64,000 nucleotides of DNA, from the NCBI GenBank assembly GCA_963667845.2, contig CAXXVL010000002.1:2624001-2688000 (forward strand), read 5' to 3'. Numbering within the stretch: position 1 is the first letter of the stretch; each line of letters opens with the position of its first letter. The stretch is from Smithellaceae bacterium (GTDB lineage Bacteria; Desulfobacterota; Syntrophia; Syntrophales; Smithellaceae). Position numbers and translations under genes: made by a program. Positions 19,463 to 30,563 of this stretch are shown piece by piece. The notes below the pieces were generated by a model, which ran no database searches, was not told the DNA's origin, and saw only the letters and a program-made list of their open reading frames with translations.

Positions 19463-22080
19463 ACGCAACCCTCAATCTCACTCCCGCGATGAAGCAGTAC
19501 GTCGAAATCAAAGAAAAGTATCCGGACTGTATTTTGTTTTACCGGATGGGCGATTTCTATGAGATGTTTTTTGAAGACGCTCTGACGGCCGCTCCCATTC
19601 TGGAAATCACGCTTACCTCCCGCAATAAATCGAAGGAAGACGCCGTTCCTCTCTGCGGATTCCCCTATCATGCCGCTGCGGCTTACATTACGAAACTGGT
19701 GGAAAAAGGTTTCAAAGTCGCCATCTGCGAGCAGGTGGAAGACCCGAAAGACGCCAAAGGAATCGTAAAACGCGATGTGATCCGGGTGATCACGCCCGGT
19801 CTGGTCCTGGATGAGGAGAATCTCAAAGCCGGAGAAAATAACTACCTGGCCTGTATTGTTTCCGGCTCCGAGACCCTGGGGCTGGCGTTTCTCGACCTTT
19901 CTACCGGCGATTTTCAAATCGGAGAATTTGCAAATCGCGAGACGCTCCTTTCCGCCATAGCCGGTCTGGACTTTAAAGAATTGCTGATCAGCCGGACATT
20001 TTCCGATGCGTTGCTGATCAAGATGATCGAAGCGCAAATTCCCGCGGGCTGTATGAATTATATCGACGAGGCTGGCTTTGCGCCGGACGAGGCGGACAGG
20101 GTTTTGGACCGGGAACTGGATGCCGCTGTCCTGGAAAAATCACAGATAAAGGATCATGCCGCTCCGAAAGTCGCCGCCGGTGTCATCTTACGCTACGTCA
20201 ATTCAACGCAAATGGTGCGCGCGTCCCACATTTCCGAAATCAAATGGTATCAGCCCGAAAATTATCTGATCCTGGATGAAGCCGCCCGCCGGAATCTGGA
20301 ATTATTCGCGACCATCCAGGATAACGCCCGTGCCGGTTCCCTGTTTACCCTGATGAATGAAACATTGACCCCCATGGGGGCCAGGCGTCTGCGCTGGTGG
20401 CTGGGTTATCCCCTTGTCGGGCCGGAAAAGATTCGTGCACGGCTTGCGGCCGTGGCGGAAATCAAGGACGGCCACAAGGCGCGGTCCGATTTGCGCAAAA
20501 CACTTTCCCGCATCTACGATCTGGAAAGATTGGCCGGACGCGTCGCCTTGCGGGTGGCGACCCCGCGTGATCTGATTGCGCTCCAGACATCGCTTGCCGT
20601 CTTGCCTGTGCTGCAAACGCTGCTGTCCGGTTTCACGGCTCCAGCCCTGTCGGCAATCCGCAAAGAGATGACGGACATGTCCTCTCTTGTGAATTTACTT
20701 TCCCGGGCGATTGTCGCCGATCCGCCGCCCCGCACTCAGGACGGGGGATTTATTGCCTCCGGGTTCGATGAGCGGCTAGACTCGCTGCGTTCAATCAGCC
20801 GCGACGGCAAGAAATGGATTGCCGCGCTGGAGGCCAAGGAAAGACAGGCCACGGGCATTAATACACTCAAAATCGGATTTAATAACGTTTTTGGTTATTA
20901 CATCGAGGTCACCAAAGCCAATGCTTCCGCCGTACCGGACTCATATGTAAGAAAACAGACGCTGGTCAATGCCGAGCGCTATATTAATCAGGAGTTGAAG
21001 GAATTCGAGCAGACGGTGCTTGGCGCCGAAGAAAAGAGCCGCGATCGCGAAAATGAACTGTTCAGTCAGCTTCGCGATGATCTGATGCCCTATGTTTCCG
21101 AAATCCAGTTCAATGCATTTCGCGTGGCCGAACTGGACGCCCTTTGCTCTTTGTCGGAAGTGGCCGAAAAATATTCCTATACCTGTCCGGAGATCGATGA
21201 AGAAGACGTCATCGACATCAGAGACGGGCGCCATCCGGTGGTCGAGGCCTCTTTGAAGAAGGAAGGGTTTGTGCCCAACGATACGCTGCTCGATTTGCGG
21301 GGCAACCGCCTGCTGGTCATTACCGGACCCAACATGGCCGGCAAGTCCACGTATATCCGGCAGGTGGCTTTAATTGTTCTCCTGGCGCAGATGGGCAGTT
21401 TTGTGCCTGCCGCACACGCCCGGATCGGCGTTGTTGATAAAATCTTTACGCGCATCGGCGCGTCGGACAGCCTGATTAAAGGCCAGAGCACCTTTATGGT
21501 GGAGATGATGGAGACCGCCCGGATTCTGACGGACGCAACATCCCGCAGCCTGGTCATTCTGGATGAAGTCGGCAGAGGGACGTCCACATTCGACGGACTG
21601 AGCATCGCCTGGGCTGTGGCTGAATACATCCACGATTTCTCGGGGCGCGGTATCCGCACCTTATTTGCAACGCATTTCCACCAGCTGACGGATCTGGCGG
21701 CATCGAAAGAAGGCGCCAGGAATTACAACATCGCCGTGAAGGAATGGGGCGAGAAGATCATTTTCCTGCGTAAAATCATGGAAGGCGGAACGAGCCGCAG
21801 TTACGGCATCGAAGTGGCGAGAATCGCCGGCGTGCCCGCCTTCGTGATAGCCAGGGCCAAGGAAATTCTGCGCAATCTGGAAAAAGGAGAGTTTGACGAA
21901 ATCGGTATGCCGCGCATCGCGCGCGGTAAGAGCGCCCAGACTCCCGGCAATCCGCAATTGAGCCTGTTTGTGGAAAGTGAGGACGCCATTCTGGATGAGC
22001 TGCGGCAAATCGATATCTCGTCCATGACGCCGCTTGAGGCGCTCAATAAACTCAGTGAACTCATCGGCAAATTGGGATAA
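19453..22080 (+). CDS. mutS: DNA mismatch repair protein MutS
   Basis: TPAMKQY, RMGDFYEMF, GPNMAGKST, STFMVEM, DEVGRGTS. Confidence 0.98.
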   Translation: MALDATLNLTPAMKQYVEIKEKYPDCILFYRMGDFYEMFFEDALTAAPILEITLTSRNKSKEDAVPLCGFPYHAAAAYITKLVEKGFKVAICEQVEDPKDAKGIVKRDVIRVITPGLVLDEENLKAGENNYLACIVSGSETLGLAFLDLSTGDFQIGEFANRETLLSAIAGLDFKELLISRTFSDALLIKMIEAQIPAGCMNYIDEAGFAPDEADRVLDRELDAAVLEKSQIKDHAAPKVAAGVILRYVNSTQMVRASHISEIKWYQPENYLILDEAARRNLELFATIQDNARAGSLFTLMNETLTPMGARRLRWWLGYPLVGPEKIRARLAAVAEIKDGHKARSDLRKTLSRIYDLERLAGRVALRVATPRDLIALQTSLAVLPVLQTLLSGFTAPALSAIRKEMTDMSSLVNLLSRAIVADPPPRTQDGGFIASGFDERLDSLRSISRDGKKWIAALEAKERQATGINTLKIGFNNVFGYYIEVTKANASAVPDSYVRKQTLVNAERYINQELKEFEQTVLGAEEKSRDRENELFSQLRDDLMPYVSEIQFNAFRVAELDALCSLSEVAEKYSYTCPEIDEEDVIDIRDGRHPVVEASLKKEGFVPNDTLLDLRGNRLLVITGPNMAGKSTYIRQVALIVLLAQMGSFVPAAHARIGVVDKIFTRIGASDSLIKGQSTFMVEMMETARILTDATSRSLVILDEVGRGTSTFDGLSIAWAVAEYIHDFSGRGIRTLFATHFHQLTDLAASKEGARNYNIAVKEWGEKIIFLRKIMEGGTSRSYGIEVARIAGVPAFVIARAKEILRNLEKGEFDEIGMPRIARGKSAQTPGNPQLSLFVESEDAILDELRQIDISSMTPLEALNKLSELIGKLG

Positions 22081-22113
22081 TCCGCTCTCGGGCCCGTAGA
22101 CTTTCAGAAGGTA

Positions 22114-24732
22114 TTATTTCAGACAGGTCAGCCTCACGTGTCTGCTGTCGCAGTGACCTTCGAGAACTTTGGAGATGCCGTCCTGCAAAAGCGTGGTCAT
22201 TCCCCGGGCCAGGGCGGTTTGATAGATTGACTCAGGGCTTTCCTTCAGCCTGATCATGCGTTTGATCTCCGGCGTAAAGATAAAGATTTCGGAGGCACAG
22301 ATCAGGCCGCTGTAACCGGTGTTGCCGCATTCCTGGCAGCCTCGCGGATGGAAGAGGTTCAGCCTGTCTGAATAAGGGCTGCCAAGCCTGCCGAACGCAT
22401 CTTTCCCGTATAACTGGGCCAATTCCTCGTAATCTGCCCGGCTCGGGTGATAGTTTACCTTGCAGTTCGGACACAGCGACTTGATCGGCCTCTGTTCGAC
22501 GATCGACAGCATGGCGTCGGCGAAGACCGGATGGCTTATGCCCATCAGCAGGCATTTTCCGATTGCGTCAATGATGCTGTCGGCCCACAGCGAACTTAAA
22601 ACGAGACGCCCCTGGAGAGAAGCATCCATGCACAATCTGGCCGTTTCCGGATCGGGAAGACGTCCGGCCATGATGACATCCGGGTCAGCGTCCAAAAAGG
22701 AACGCAGTACACGAGGAAAATCCAGTCCATTTTGCGGATCCAAGGAAACTTGTCTGAGCCCGATTTGTCTGATTTCCACGGACTCTTCCGCCGTCCATAT
22801 TTTTTTCTCCGGGGTGTTGATATTATCCAGGCAGGCATGAAGGGTTGTGGTCATCTCATCTCCGGCCTGTCCCACGAAGAGAACCACGCCCCGGGGCTGC
22901 CGCAAAATATTGGTCAGGTCTGCATAGTTGCGTGCCGACAGACCCAGACGTTCCAGGGGGATCTTTCTGGCTTTGGCGGTAAGGTGAATGACGGTGTCTT
23001 CCACGCCGGCTTGTGTCGGAATAATGGTGATCCGCAGATTAACGTCATCACGCCCCGGCAGCTTCAATCTCAGCTCTCCGCGCTGGATGATCGAACGATT
23101 TTTCATGTCCAGATTGGCCAACGTCTTAATATCACCCATCAGCTTTTCGTATTCGTCATAGCCCAGTGACTGAAGGCTCCGGAATTGCCGGTCAACGCGG
23201 ATGCGCAATGCTACGTTTTTGCTCACCGGATCCGGTTCGAAATGAACATCCGACGCATGCAGGCTTGCGGCTTCCAGAATGATGCCGGCAAACGTCGGCG
23301 GGACATGAATTGCCGGCTGGAGAACGGCACGTTCGGGCTTTTCGGAGATACTCTTAGCTTGGGACATCTGGCGAAGGTTGCCGAGCGGCAACGTCTCCGC
23401 ATGGAGCACCGGCGTTTCTTTGAGCCGGCTTTTTGGCGGAAAGAGAACAGGCGACGCGGGCTCAGGCTCCGGAGGGACTGTCTGCGGACGCGTCATATGC
23501 AAGGCGGGCTCGTTGTCAGGCAAAACGGGGACAGGGTTCTGCGGCACGACAAACACAGGTTGACCCTGATCGGTAATCGTTCTTGCCCGGACAGATTTTG
23601 TCTCCGCGCCTGCGGGGATTTCACTTTGGTCGGGGCGTGCGGATATCGTTTGGTCCCGATCAAGGACGCCTGATAAAGTCGGCGGTTCGAATTCCTGCCC
23701 GCCGGGGTATGAACGATCGATTAACTTCAAGATATCAGGGGCGAGCGCAACATAGTATTGAATGGAACTGGTTTTCAATATCTGTTCGATATCGCGCTTT
23801 TTGACCTGGTCCCATGGGTCATCAATAAGAACATGGACTTTGCCCTTGGCCACCGTGAGGGGGATCCACATCATTTTGACCAGAATAGATTTCTCAATGC
23901 CGGCAAATAGCTGGCGGGTGACAGGTAAATCATCGCTGTACGCGGCGAAGGGATAAGAGAAATGATCCGATAAAGCCGCACCGATATCACTTTTCGAAAT
24001 ATGGTATCGCTCCATTAAAATTGCGGAAATGTCTTTATTTGCCTCAAACGCCTCTTTCAGAGCTTTGTCCAAGCGGCTGGGCGAGATCGCTTTATCCCGA
24101 ATCAGCTTATGGAGCTTTGTGCGGTGTTTTTGACAACTCTCTTCAAATTCCAGATGCAGAAAAAAAGTCCTCGACAGACAGCTTTCTATTTCATCCAGGA
24201 ATATCTGTTTGTAATCATCGATGGTCTCACCGTCTTTCTTATTCATGATTTCCATGACGCCCAGAAGGCTGCCGTCATACATGATGGGGCTCGCGATGAT
24301 CTGACCTGTTGTCGTTCCTAATTTTCTGTCCTGCGAAGTGTCAAAATAAAGCGCATCGTTGATCTTTCTGATTTCGCGCTCATTATAGGCATCGGCGACA
24401 TGAAGCGTTTTCTTCTCGTGGGCGACGCAACCAGCAAATGTCGTATAATCGATCGGGAAACGAAGCTCTTTCACCTGTCCGCCTTCGTTTTGCCAGGTGA
24501 AAATTTCCTTTTTTGTTTTGTCAATCAGATAGATGGTCAGCCTGTGAACATTAAAGAGCTTGCGAATGTCTTCTTTGATATCGATGACAATTTCACGAAG
24601 AGTCACGGCCGACTGAATTCGGGTTGTAATACGCTGGATGGCCTTGTGGAATTCGAGATTCTTCAGGAGCTCCTCAACCTGAGGCGCCTCCGAAATTTCT
24701 TCCCTTTGCGGCTTTTTACTATAGGTGCTCAT
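22114..24732 (-). CDS. GAF-domain GspE/PilB-family protein with degenerate ATPase motifs
   Basis: N-terminal GAF, Pro-rich linker, ASDVHFEP, CPNC...CQEC, GMTTLLQDG; Walker A reads GQAGDEMTT. Confidence 0.85.
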   Translation of the reverse strand: MSTYSKKPQREEISEAPQVEELLKNLEFHKAIQRITTRIQSAVTLREIVIDIKEDIRKLFNVHRLTIYLIDKTKKEIFTWQNEGGQVKELRFPIDYTTFAGCVAHEKKTLHVADAYNEREIRKINDALYFDTSQDRKLGTTTGQIIASPIMYDGSLLGVMEIMNKKDGETIDDYKQIFLDEIESCLSRTFFLHLEFEESCQKHRTKLHKLIRDKAISPSRLDKALKEAFEANKDISAILMERYHISKSDIGAALSDHFSYPFAAYSDDLPVTRQLFAGIEKSILVKMMWIPLTVAKGKVHVLIDDPWDQVKKRDIEQILKTSSIQYYVALAPDILKLIDRSYPGGQEFEPPTLSGVLDRDQTISARPDQSEIPAGAETKSVRARTITDQGQPVFVVPQNPVPVLPDNEPALHMTRPQTVPPEPEPASPVLFPPKSRLKETPVLHAETLPLGNLRQMSQAKSISEKPERAVLQPAIHVPPTFAGIILEAASLHASDVHFEPDPVSKNVALRIRVDRQFRSLQSLGYDEYEKLMGDIKTLANLDMKNRSIIQRGELRLKLPGRDDVNLRITIIPTQAGVEDTVIHLTAKARKIPLERLGLSARNYADLTNILRQPRGVVLFVGQAGDEMTTTLHACLDNINTPEKKIWTAEESVEIRQIGLRQVSLDPQNGLDFPRVLRSFLDADPDVIMAGRLPDPETARLCMDASLQGRLVLSSLWADSIIDAIGKCLLMGISHPVFADAMLSIVEQRPIKSLCPNCKVNYHPSRADYEELAQLYGKDAFGRLGSPYSDRLNLFHPRGCQECGNTGYSGLICASEIFIFTPEIKRMIRLKESPESIYQTALARGMTTLLQDGISKVLEGHCDSRHVRLTCLK

Positions 24733-24758
24733 TGAACGCTTCCTCTATTTGAGCTTAT

Positions 24759-25271
24759 TTACGGATACTGAATGCTGAGCGCGCTGAAAATATTATTAGC
24801 AATGACATTGATATCCAGCGGCTTTTCCAGATAGCTGAAAACTCCCATGGATCTGGTAATCGATTCAATCTTAGGCGTGCCATAGGCCGTCATGAGGATG
24901 ACCGGAATGTGGGGATAATTTCTTTTGATATAAGTGAGAAGTTCGAACCCGTCCATTCTCGGCATCCTCAAATCTGTGATCACTAAATCGATAGATGTTC
25001 TTCCTTTCAATACCTTGACCGCGTCGACGCCGTTGGTTGCCGTAAGTAATGTAAAATATTTTTGATACACGCTGAGCCCGTCATCAATGCTTAAAAGCAG
25101 TGGTTCTTCATCATCAACGATCAGGACTTCCCTCACTCCGGCATGACCGGAAAGATAGTCCCTGTCATCATTGATTTCGGAGTCGGGTGTTTGCCGGACA
25201 TCTTCAATTCTCTTTGACTTTGAGGATTTTTCCATAGAGCAACGTATTTTCCCGATCCTGGATTGATTCAT
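24759..25271 (-). CDS. Stand-alone response regulator receiver protein
   Basis: VLIVDDE, DLVITDLRMPRMDG, MTAYG, YLEKP. Confidence 0.9.
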   Translation of the reverse strand: MNQSRIGKIRCSMEKSSKSKRIEDVRQTPDSEINDDRDYLSGHAGVREVLIVDDEEPLLLSIDDGLSVYQKYFTLLTATNGVDAVKVLKGRTSIDLVITDLRMPRMDGFELLTYIKRNYPHIPVILMTAYGTPKIESITRSMGVFSYLEKPLDINVIANNIFSALSIQYP

Positions 25272-25300
25272 TCATAAAAAAAAATCATTTAACCTCACGA

Positions 25301-25316
25301 AGCAAAGGGCATGCCT
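25301..25316 (-). promoter_or_regulatory. Putative sigma54 (-24/-12) promoter
   Basis: Minus strand AGGCATGCCCTTTGCT = GG-N10-GC, upstream of the receiver gene and next to a sigma54 activator gene. Confidence 0.7.
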
Positions 25317-25443
25317 AAATGAAACAGCCGCATTATGTGAGAAAATATAAAAGGTTATGAACCTATTGAACAGCAAAACCGCTATTGTGAATGTCAGGCT
25401 GGATGATTCATTTTGACCCGGAAGCAGCGCCTGGGCGCTGCTT

Positions 25444-26799
25444 CTACAGGCGATATAATTTTACTTTTCGCTTGAGGGTGGAAAGTGAGATGCCCAGGGC
25501 TTTGGCTGACTGCGAATAGTTGCCGTTGCATTTCTTTAATGCCTGGCTGATGCATTCTTTTTCGGAGGCTTCGAGGGTTAAGAGTTCACCGTCACCCGGA
25601 GCAGCCGGTCCGAGAGACGAACGCGAGGCCATGCCGGTCCGCAGCAGTAACGAGGGTCTGAGCGGCTGGTTGCGCTGAACGATCAATGACCGCTCAATGA
25701 CATTTTTCAATTCACGAACGTTTCCCGGCCATGTATATTCCATTAGCTTGACGAGTTCGGATTCCGCAAGAGCCAGATGGGGATCTCTGGACATGCGCCT
25801 GATGAAATATTCGCACAGCTTGGGAATGTCTTCCTTCCTGTCCTGCAGCCGTGGAATATGCAGACGGATGACGCTGAGCCGATAATAGAGATCACTGCGG
25901 AAGGTCTTTTCAAGGATGGCTTTTTCCAGATCATTGTTGGCGGCGGCGATGATCCGCACATTGATCGGCTTGACGGTCTCGCTGCCAATTCGGCGGATTT
26001 TCTTTTCTTCCAGCACCCCCAGCAATTTGGATTGTAAATGAATCGGCATGGAGCCGATTTCATCCAACACCAGCGTTCCGCCTTCGGCCAGCTCAAAAAT
26101 CCCTTTTCGGGTTGCGCTGGCACCCGTAAAAGCCCCTTTTTCCGAACCAAACAACTCGGCTTCGATGAGGTTCTCGGGAAAGGCGGCACAGTTGGCGGTC
26201 AAGAACAGCTTTGCCGGGAGGGCGCTTTTTAAGTGGATGGCGCGGGCGACAATGTTCTTGCCTGTGCCCGTTTCACCCGTGATGAGCACAGGAGCATCGC
26301 TCTCGGCCGCAAGCTCGATCATCCGATTAATTTCATCAAAAATGCCGTGGCCGGCAATCAATTCGAATTCCTCAGTATCCCGGGTGTTCTGATAATTCTG
26401 GATTTGTTCTGTTTTCTCGAGCTCCTGCGTACGAAATGCCTGCTTGATGGTCAATTCCAGTTCAGCCATTTCAAAGGGTTTGGAAAGGTAATCGTGTGCC
26501 CCGACCTTGATGGCTTCTATGGCGTTGTTGAAGCTCGGATAGGCCGTTACAAAGATGATTTTGGTCTGTTCGTTTTGCTTCAGTATCGACGGGCAAAGCG
26601 AAATGCCTTCCGCATCGGGAAGTTTCTGATCGAGGATAACGACGTCAATTTTTATCTCCGAACAAATTCTCAGTCCGTCTTTTCCCGTATTCGCGGTGAG
26701 AACGTCCGTATTGGCATCGGAGAGTAAATCGCTTACGGATTCGCAAAAAATATCGTTGTCGTCGATAATCAGGATTTTTCTTTTAACTTTTGGCATCAA
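25444..26799 (-). CDS. Sigma54-dependent response regulator (NtrC/AtoC type)
   Basis: Receiver domain, GETGTGK, GAFTGA, LDEIG, WPGNVRELKN, Fis-type HTH. Confidence 0.95.
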   Translation of the reverse strand: MMPKVKRKILIIDDNDIFCESVSDLLSDANTDVLTANTGKDGLRICSEIKIDVVILDQKLPDAEGISLCPSILKQNEQTKIIFVTAYPSFNNAIEAIKVGAHDYLSKPFEMAELELTIKQAFRTQELEKTEQIQNYQNTRDTEEFELIAGHGIFDEINRMIELAAESDAPVLITGETGTGKNIVARAIHLKSALPAKLFLTANCAAFPENLIEAELFGSEKGAFTGASATRKGIFELAEGGTLVLDEIGSMPIHLQSKLLGVLEEKKIRRIGSETVKPINVRIIAAANNDLEKAILEKTFRSDLYYRLSVIRLHIPRLQDRKEDIPKLCEYFIRRMSRDPHLALAESELVKLMEYTWPGNVRELKNVIERSLIVQRNQPLRPSLLLRTGMASRSSLGPAAPGDGELLTLEASEKECISQALKKCNGNYSQSAKALGISLSTLKRKVKLYRL

Positions 26800-27860
26800 C
26801 TTTTACAACCTTCGGGAATGATCACAATGACACGCGTTCCCCTATCTTTGACGCTTTTAATTTCCATGTTTCCGTTCATCAGGGTGACCATTTTCAGCGT
26901 GATCATCAATCCCAAACCTGTGCCGCGGGTCTTCGTTGTGAAGAAGGGTTTGAAAAGATTGGCCTGCGCTTCTTTGGACATGCCGCAGCCGTTGTCTTCA
27001 ACAATAATGGAAACCAGACTATCCTGCCTAAGCGCCCGGATATTGATTTTTCGCTGGTCCCTGCTTTCAAGCGCATCGGAAGCATTGGTGATCAAATTCA
27101 GCATCACCTGATGCAGGAGTCGTGGATCAGCGCTCACGGTTGTTACATTCGCTTCAACGGTTTTGCTGATTTTAATGCTGGATTGACGCAAATCATTACT
27201 GACGAGCGCGATAAACCGGGTCAGAAAGCCATCGATGGACACGTCCTGAATCTCCGGATTCTCGAAGATGCTGAAGCTTTTCAGGGCCTGCAGCAGAAAT
27301 TCGACGCGGGAAATTTCAGTCATGGCGCGATCAACGAACTTTTCCACGGCTGCAGGTGAATATTCGCTGAGATTCCTTTTCAGGACGCTCAGCGTCATCT
27401 TGATTGAGTTGATGGGGTTACCCAGTTCATGCCGTATCCCGGAAAAGACGTAACTGATATTGTCCATGGAATTGACGGCTTCAGCGATGGACTCCAGGCG
27501 GCTTCTTTCCGTGATGTCGCGGATGATAATCCAGATGAAATTGTTGGAAATCATGTAAGGCGTGTAGCCCAGCAGACGGTTCTTAAAGCGTAATGTGTAA
27601 TGTCTTCCAAATATCTCGGCTTCGGGTTTGCTGTTGTAGTCCGCTAAAAGCAAGGAAAGAAGATTTTGATATTCAAGCAGATTTGAGTTGTTTTGAAATA
27701 TTTCCGTAGCAAATCTGTTTTTAAAAAGCAGCTCGCGTTTTTTGATACCCAGAATGACGATACCCAGGTCGATCGTCTCCATAATGCTGGCGTATAAAGA
27801 ATAGTCAAAATTCTTATCCGGGTTTTTTGGGAAAATTCTTTCTTTGGCCGCATCTTCCAT
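26796..27860 (-). CDS. Cytoplasmic sensor histidine kinase
   Basis: H-box RHELGNP, NLITNA, DNGCG, FFTTK, GTGLGL; no TM segment seen. Confidence 0.93.
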   Translation of the reverse strand: MEDAAKERIFPKNPDKNFDYSLYASIMETIDLGIVILGIKKRELLFKNRFATEIFQNNSNLLEYQNLLSLLLADYNSKPEAEIFGRHYTLRFKNRLLGYTPYMISNNFIWIIIRDITERSRLESIAEAVNSMDNISYVFSGIRHELGNPINSIKMTLSVLKRNLSEYSPAAVEKFVDRAMTEISRVEFLLQALKSFSIFENPEIQDVSIDGFLTRFIALVSNDLRQSSIKISKTVEANVTTVSADPRLLHQVMLNLITNASDALESRDQRKINIRALRQDSLVSIIVEDNGCGMSKEAQANLFKPFFTTKTRGTGLGLMITLKMVTLMNGNMEIKSVKDRGTRVIVIIPEGCKS

Positions 27861-27982
27861 ATTATAAATAAAAACTTTGCAAATGTAATAATTAAGAGAT
27901 ATTAAATTAGTGTAATCACGGTGCTGTCGGCAAGTTTTGTGCTTTGATATAAATAATCATTTGCATTGTCAAGGATATTTTC

Positions 27983-28576
27983 GTGCGGACTTCTAGAAAG
28001 ATCATATTGATCCTGGCGATAATTTTAGCCGTCCTTACGGTCGGACTGTTTCATGCCCCGGGATTCTTGGCGTACTCAACAAATTACGTTAAAGTAGATA
28101 CCGTCATTGTTCTGCTGGGACCGGTTTTTAGAGATCGCGACAGATATGCCAGGGATTTGGTTAATAAAGGAATGGCCGACTATCTTATTATCCCGGCCTA
28201 CGAGAAAACGTATCATGTTGAATATGGCATGATGAGACTTATGCAGAGCGGTCAAAAGGGTAACATTGAAAGAAAGAATTCGAGTTTGCCGCAGTACTAT
28301 GAAGACACCCATCTGGAACTTATTAAAGCGAAAAAGACCATGGAAATGCTCGGGCAGAAGTCAGCTATTTTTGTTAGCTCACCCTACCATATGCGACGCA
28401 TTAAACTTATAGTCGATAATGAATTTGATCATCATTACAAATATTATTTCTCACCGACTCCCTATGATCCGGCGCCGCTTCATGTCTGGGAATTGAATGC
28501 ATCCGACTGGAAAAAAATATGGAGAGAATACACCAAGATTGCCTGGTTTATGATCTATTCCCCATGGACAAAATAG
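27983..28576 (+). CDS. YdcF/DUF218 family protein
   Basis: N-terminal anchor, VIVLLG, VSSPYHMRR, REYTK. Confidence 0.8.
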   Translation: MRTSRKIILILAIILAVLTVGLFHAPGFLAYSTNYVKVDTVIVLLGPVFRDRDRYARDLVNKGMADYLIIPAYEKTYHVEYGMMRLMQSGQKGNIERKNSSLPQYYEDTHLELIKAKKTMEMLGQKSAIFVSSPYHMRRIKLIVDNEFDHHYKYYFSPTPYDPAPLHVWELNASDWKKIWREYTKIAWFMIYSPWTK

Positions 28577-28967
28577 GTTTCTTATTATTTTTCACGCAAC
28601 AAATTTTGATCCTCCATGTGATATGGCTTGGGAGAGAATTTTAAATTTCTCATGCACTGGCGTTTGTTTAGCTGATACGAATGTCAGAAATGAAGATATC
28701 CGATCAACCAGCAGAGGAAGAATCAACACAATCCTGGCAGGATTCTTTAGAAAAAATGATTGACCAGTCTTTTAAGACCGGCATTGATGATTAACAAAAT
28801 GAGTCCGCATAATCAGCGATATAACCATCTGCTGCAGCAGGCCGGCTCTTCCAAAAGCATTTAATGATTTTATGTCTTCTCAGTGGTATACTCTGCACTC
28901 CCAATAAATGAACTTAGCTGATCAATTCGATTTAATCATATTCCATCAATGACAGGGAGGAATCGCC

Positions 28968-30521
28968 ATGAGTAATTTCTTCAACGATTTGAAACTGAGT
29001 AAAAAAATTCTTCTGACGCCCGTTGTTGTGCTTATCTTTCTCTTTATTCTGGGTGCCGGGACGCTTTACAGTCTCCTGATGCAGCAGGCGGCGTTGGATG
29101 ATATTTTTAATAACAGGTTTAAAGCGTATCAAAACAGTGCAAAATTGCTGAACGATTTATCTACGGTTCAGGGAAGCATTGCCCGGGTGATAAACTGGGT
29201 TGCGGTAGGTCACGATGCGACCGACGTACAACGGCTTATCAATAGACAAATGGTAACGATGGAGGAAGATAATCAACTGATCCGTAAGATGCTGAAGAAT
29301 GAAGATCTGGGAGCGGCCGAAAAAAAGCTCTACCAGGAAGCCATGACAAAACTGCTTGAGTATCAGAAAGCGGCAGCGAAAGTCCTTGAGCTTGCTCCGA
29401 GCGGCGCCGGCGGCGTTTATGCGGCTGTTGCGGATCAGCAATATGATGCGCTGAACAAGATTGTATCGGATCTCCATGCCTTGGAAAATAAATTGAGCAA
29501 TCAAAACTATGCTCAGTCGATTACGAATTTCAATATGACGGTCACGCTGTTCCTCCTCGTCTTTATCGCGGCCGTGATTCTCACGGTTGCCGTAAGCATG
29601 TATGTGACCCGTAAGATCCTGAAGCCGATTCAGGAGACCATCGGCGTGATGCGGAAATTGGCCGACGGCGATCTTACTGAGAACATCAACATGGAGTCGC
29701 GCGATGAAATAGGCGATCTGGTCGCGTCGGTGAATACCATGCGGACGAAGATGGGCAGTGCCGTGGGACGCGCGATGGAGATTGCAGCGACGCTGTCGAG
29801 CGCTTCATCCGAGGAAGTAGCCGCCATTGAAGAAACGTCGGCGTCGCTGGATGAAATTGCGTCCATGACGAGGCAGAATGCGGACAACACGAAGGAAGCC
29901 AATAAGCTTATGGCGTCGGCCAAAGAGGCGATCAAGAAAGCCGGTGATTCGATGACGGAGCTCACGAAATCGATGAAAGACATTACGAAAGCCAGTCAGC
30001 AGACGCAGAAAGTTGTCAAGAGCATTGACGAGATTGCTTTTCAGACGAATCTGCTGGCATTGAATGCTTCTGTGGAAGCAGCACGGGCAGGTGAGGCCGG
30101 TGCCGGATTTGCCGTCGTGGCCGATGAGGTCAGAAACCTGGCTTTGCGGGCAACGGAGTCCGCCCGGGGATCGTCGGACTTTATCGAGGATATTGTCGGT
30201 AAAGTTAAAAGAGGCGAAGAACTTGTCAACATGACGAATGCGGTCTTCAATGACATGGCCGATAGTTCGGACAAAGTTGTTTCGCTGATGGGTGAAATCT
30301 CCGCGGCCTCGCAGGAACAGTCTCAAGGGATTGCCCAGGTCAACAGTGCGATTGCCGAGATCAACACGTCAACGCAGCAGAATGCCGGGAATGCCGAAAG
30401 CTTGTCTTCCGTGATGTCCATTTTTAAGGTGAATATTGAGAACGATGAGGGATCGCCATCCCGGACGCCTGTGCGCCCGTCCGGTTCCTCTCGCGACAGG
30501 CGCGTCCTCATCGGCAGATAA
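28968..30521 (+). CDS. Methyl-accepting chemotaxis protein
   Basis: Two TM helices, HAMP (DEIGDL), [34 protein letters not shown]. Confidence 0.96.
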   Translation: MSNFFNDLKLSKKILLTPVVVLIFLFILGAGTLYSLLMQQAALDDIFNNRFKAYQNSAKLLNDLSTVQGSIARVINWVAVGHDATDVQRLINRQMVTMEEDNQLIRKMLKNEDLGAAEKKLYQEAMTKLLEYQKAAAKVLELAPSGAGGVYAAVADQQYDALNKIVSDLHALENKLSNQNYAQSITNFNMTVTLFLLVFIAAVILTVAVSMYVTRKILKPIQETIGVMRKLADGDLTENINMESRDEIGDLVASVNTMRTKMGSAVGRAMEIAATLSSASSEEVAAIEETSASLDEIASMTRQNADNTKEANKLMASAKEAIKKAGDSMTELTKSMKDITKASQQTQKVVKSIDEIAFQTNLLALNASVEAARAGEAGAGFAVVADEVRNLALRATESARGSSDFIEDIVGKVKRGEELVNMTNAVFNDMADSSDKVVSLMGEISAASQEQSQGIAQVNSAIAEINTSTQQNAGNAESLSSVMSIFKVNIENDEGSPSRTPVRPSGSSRDRRVLIGR

Positions 30522-30563
30522 GTAGAGAAGGTTTGACGGCCCGCAGATTTGCAGAACGCTTTT

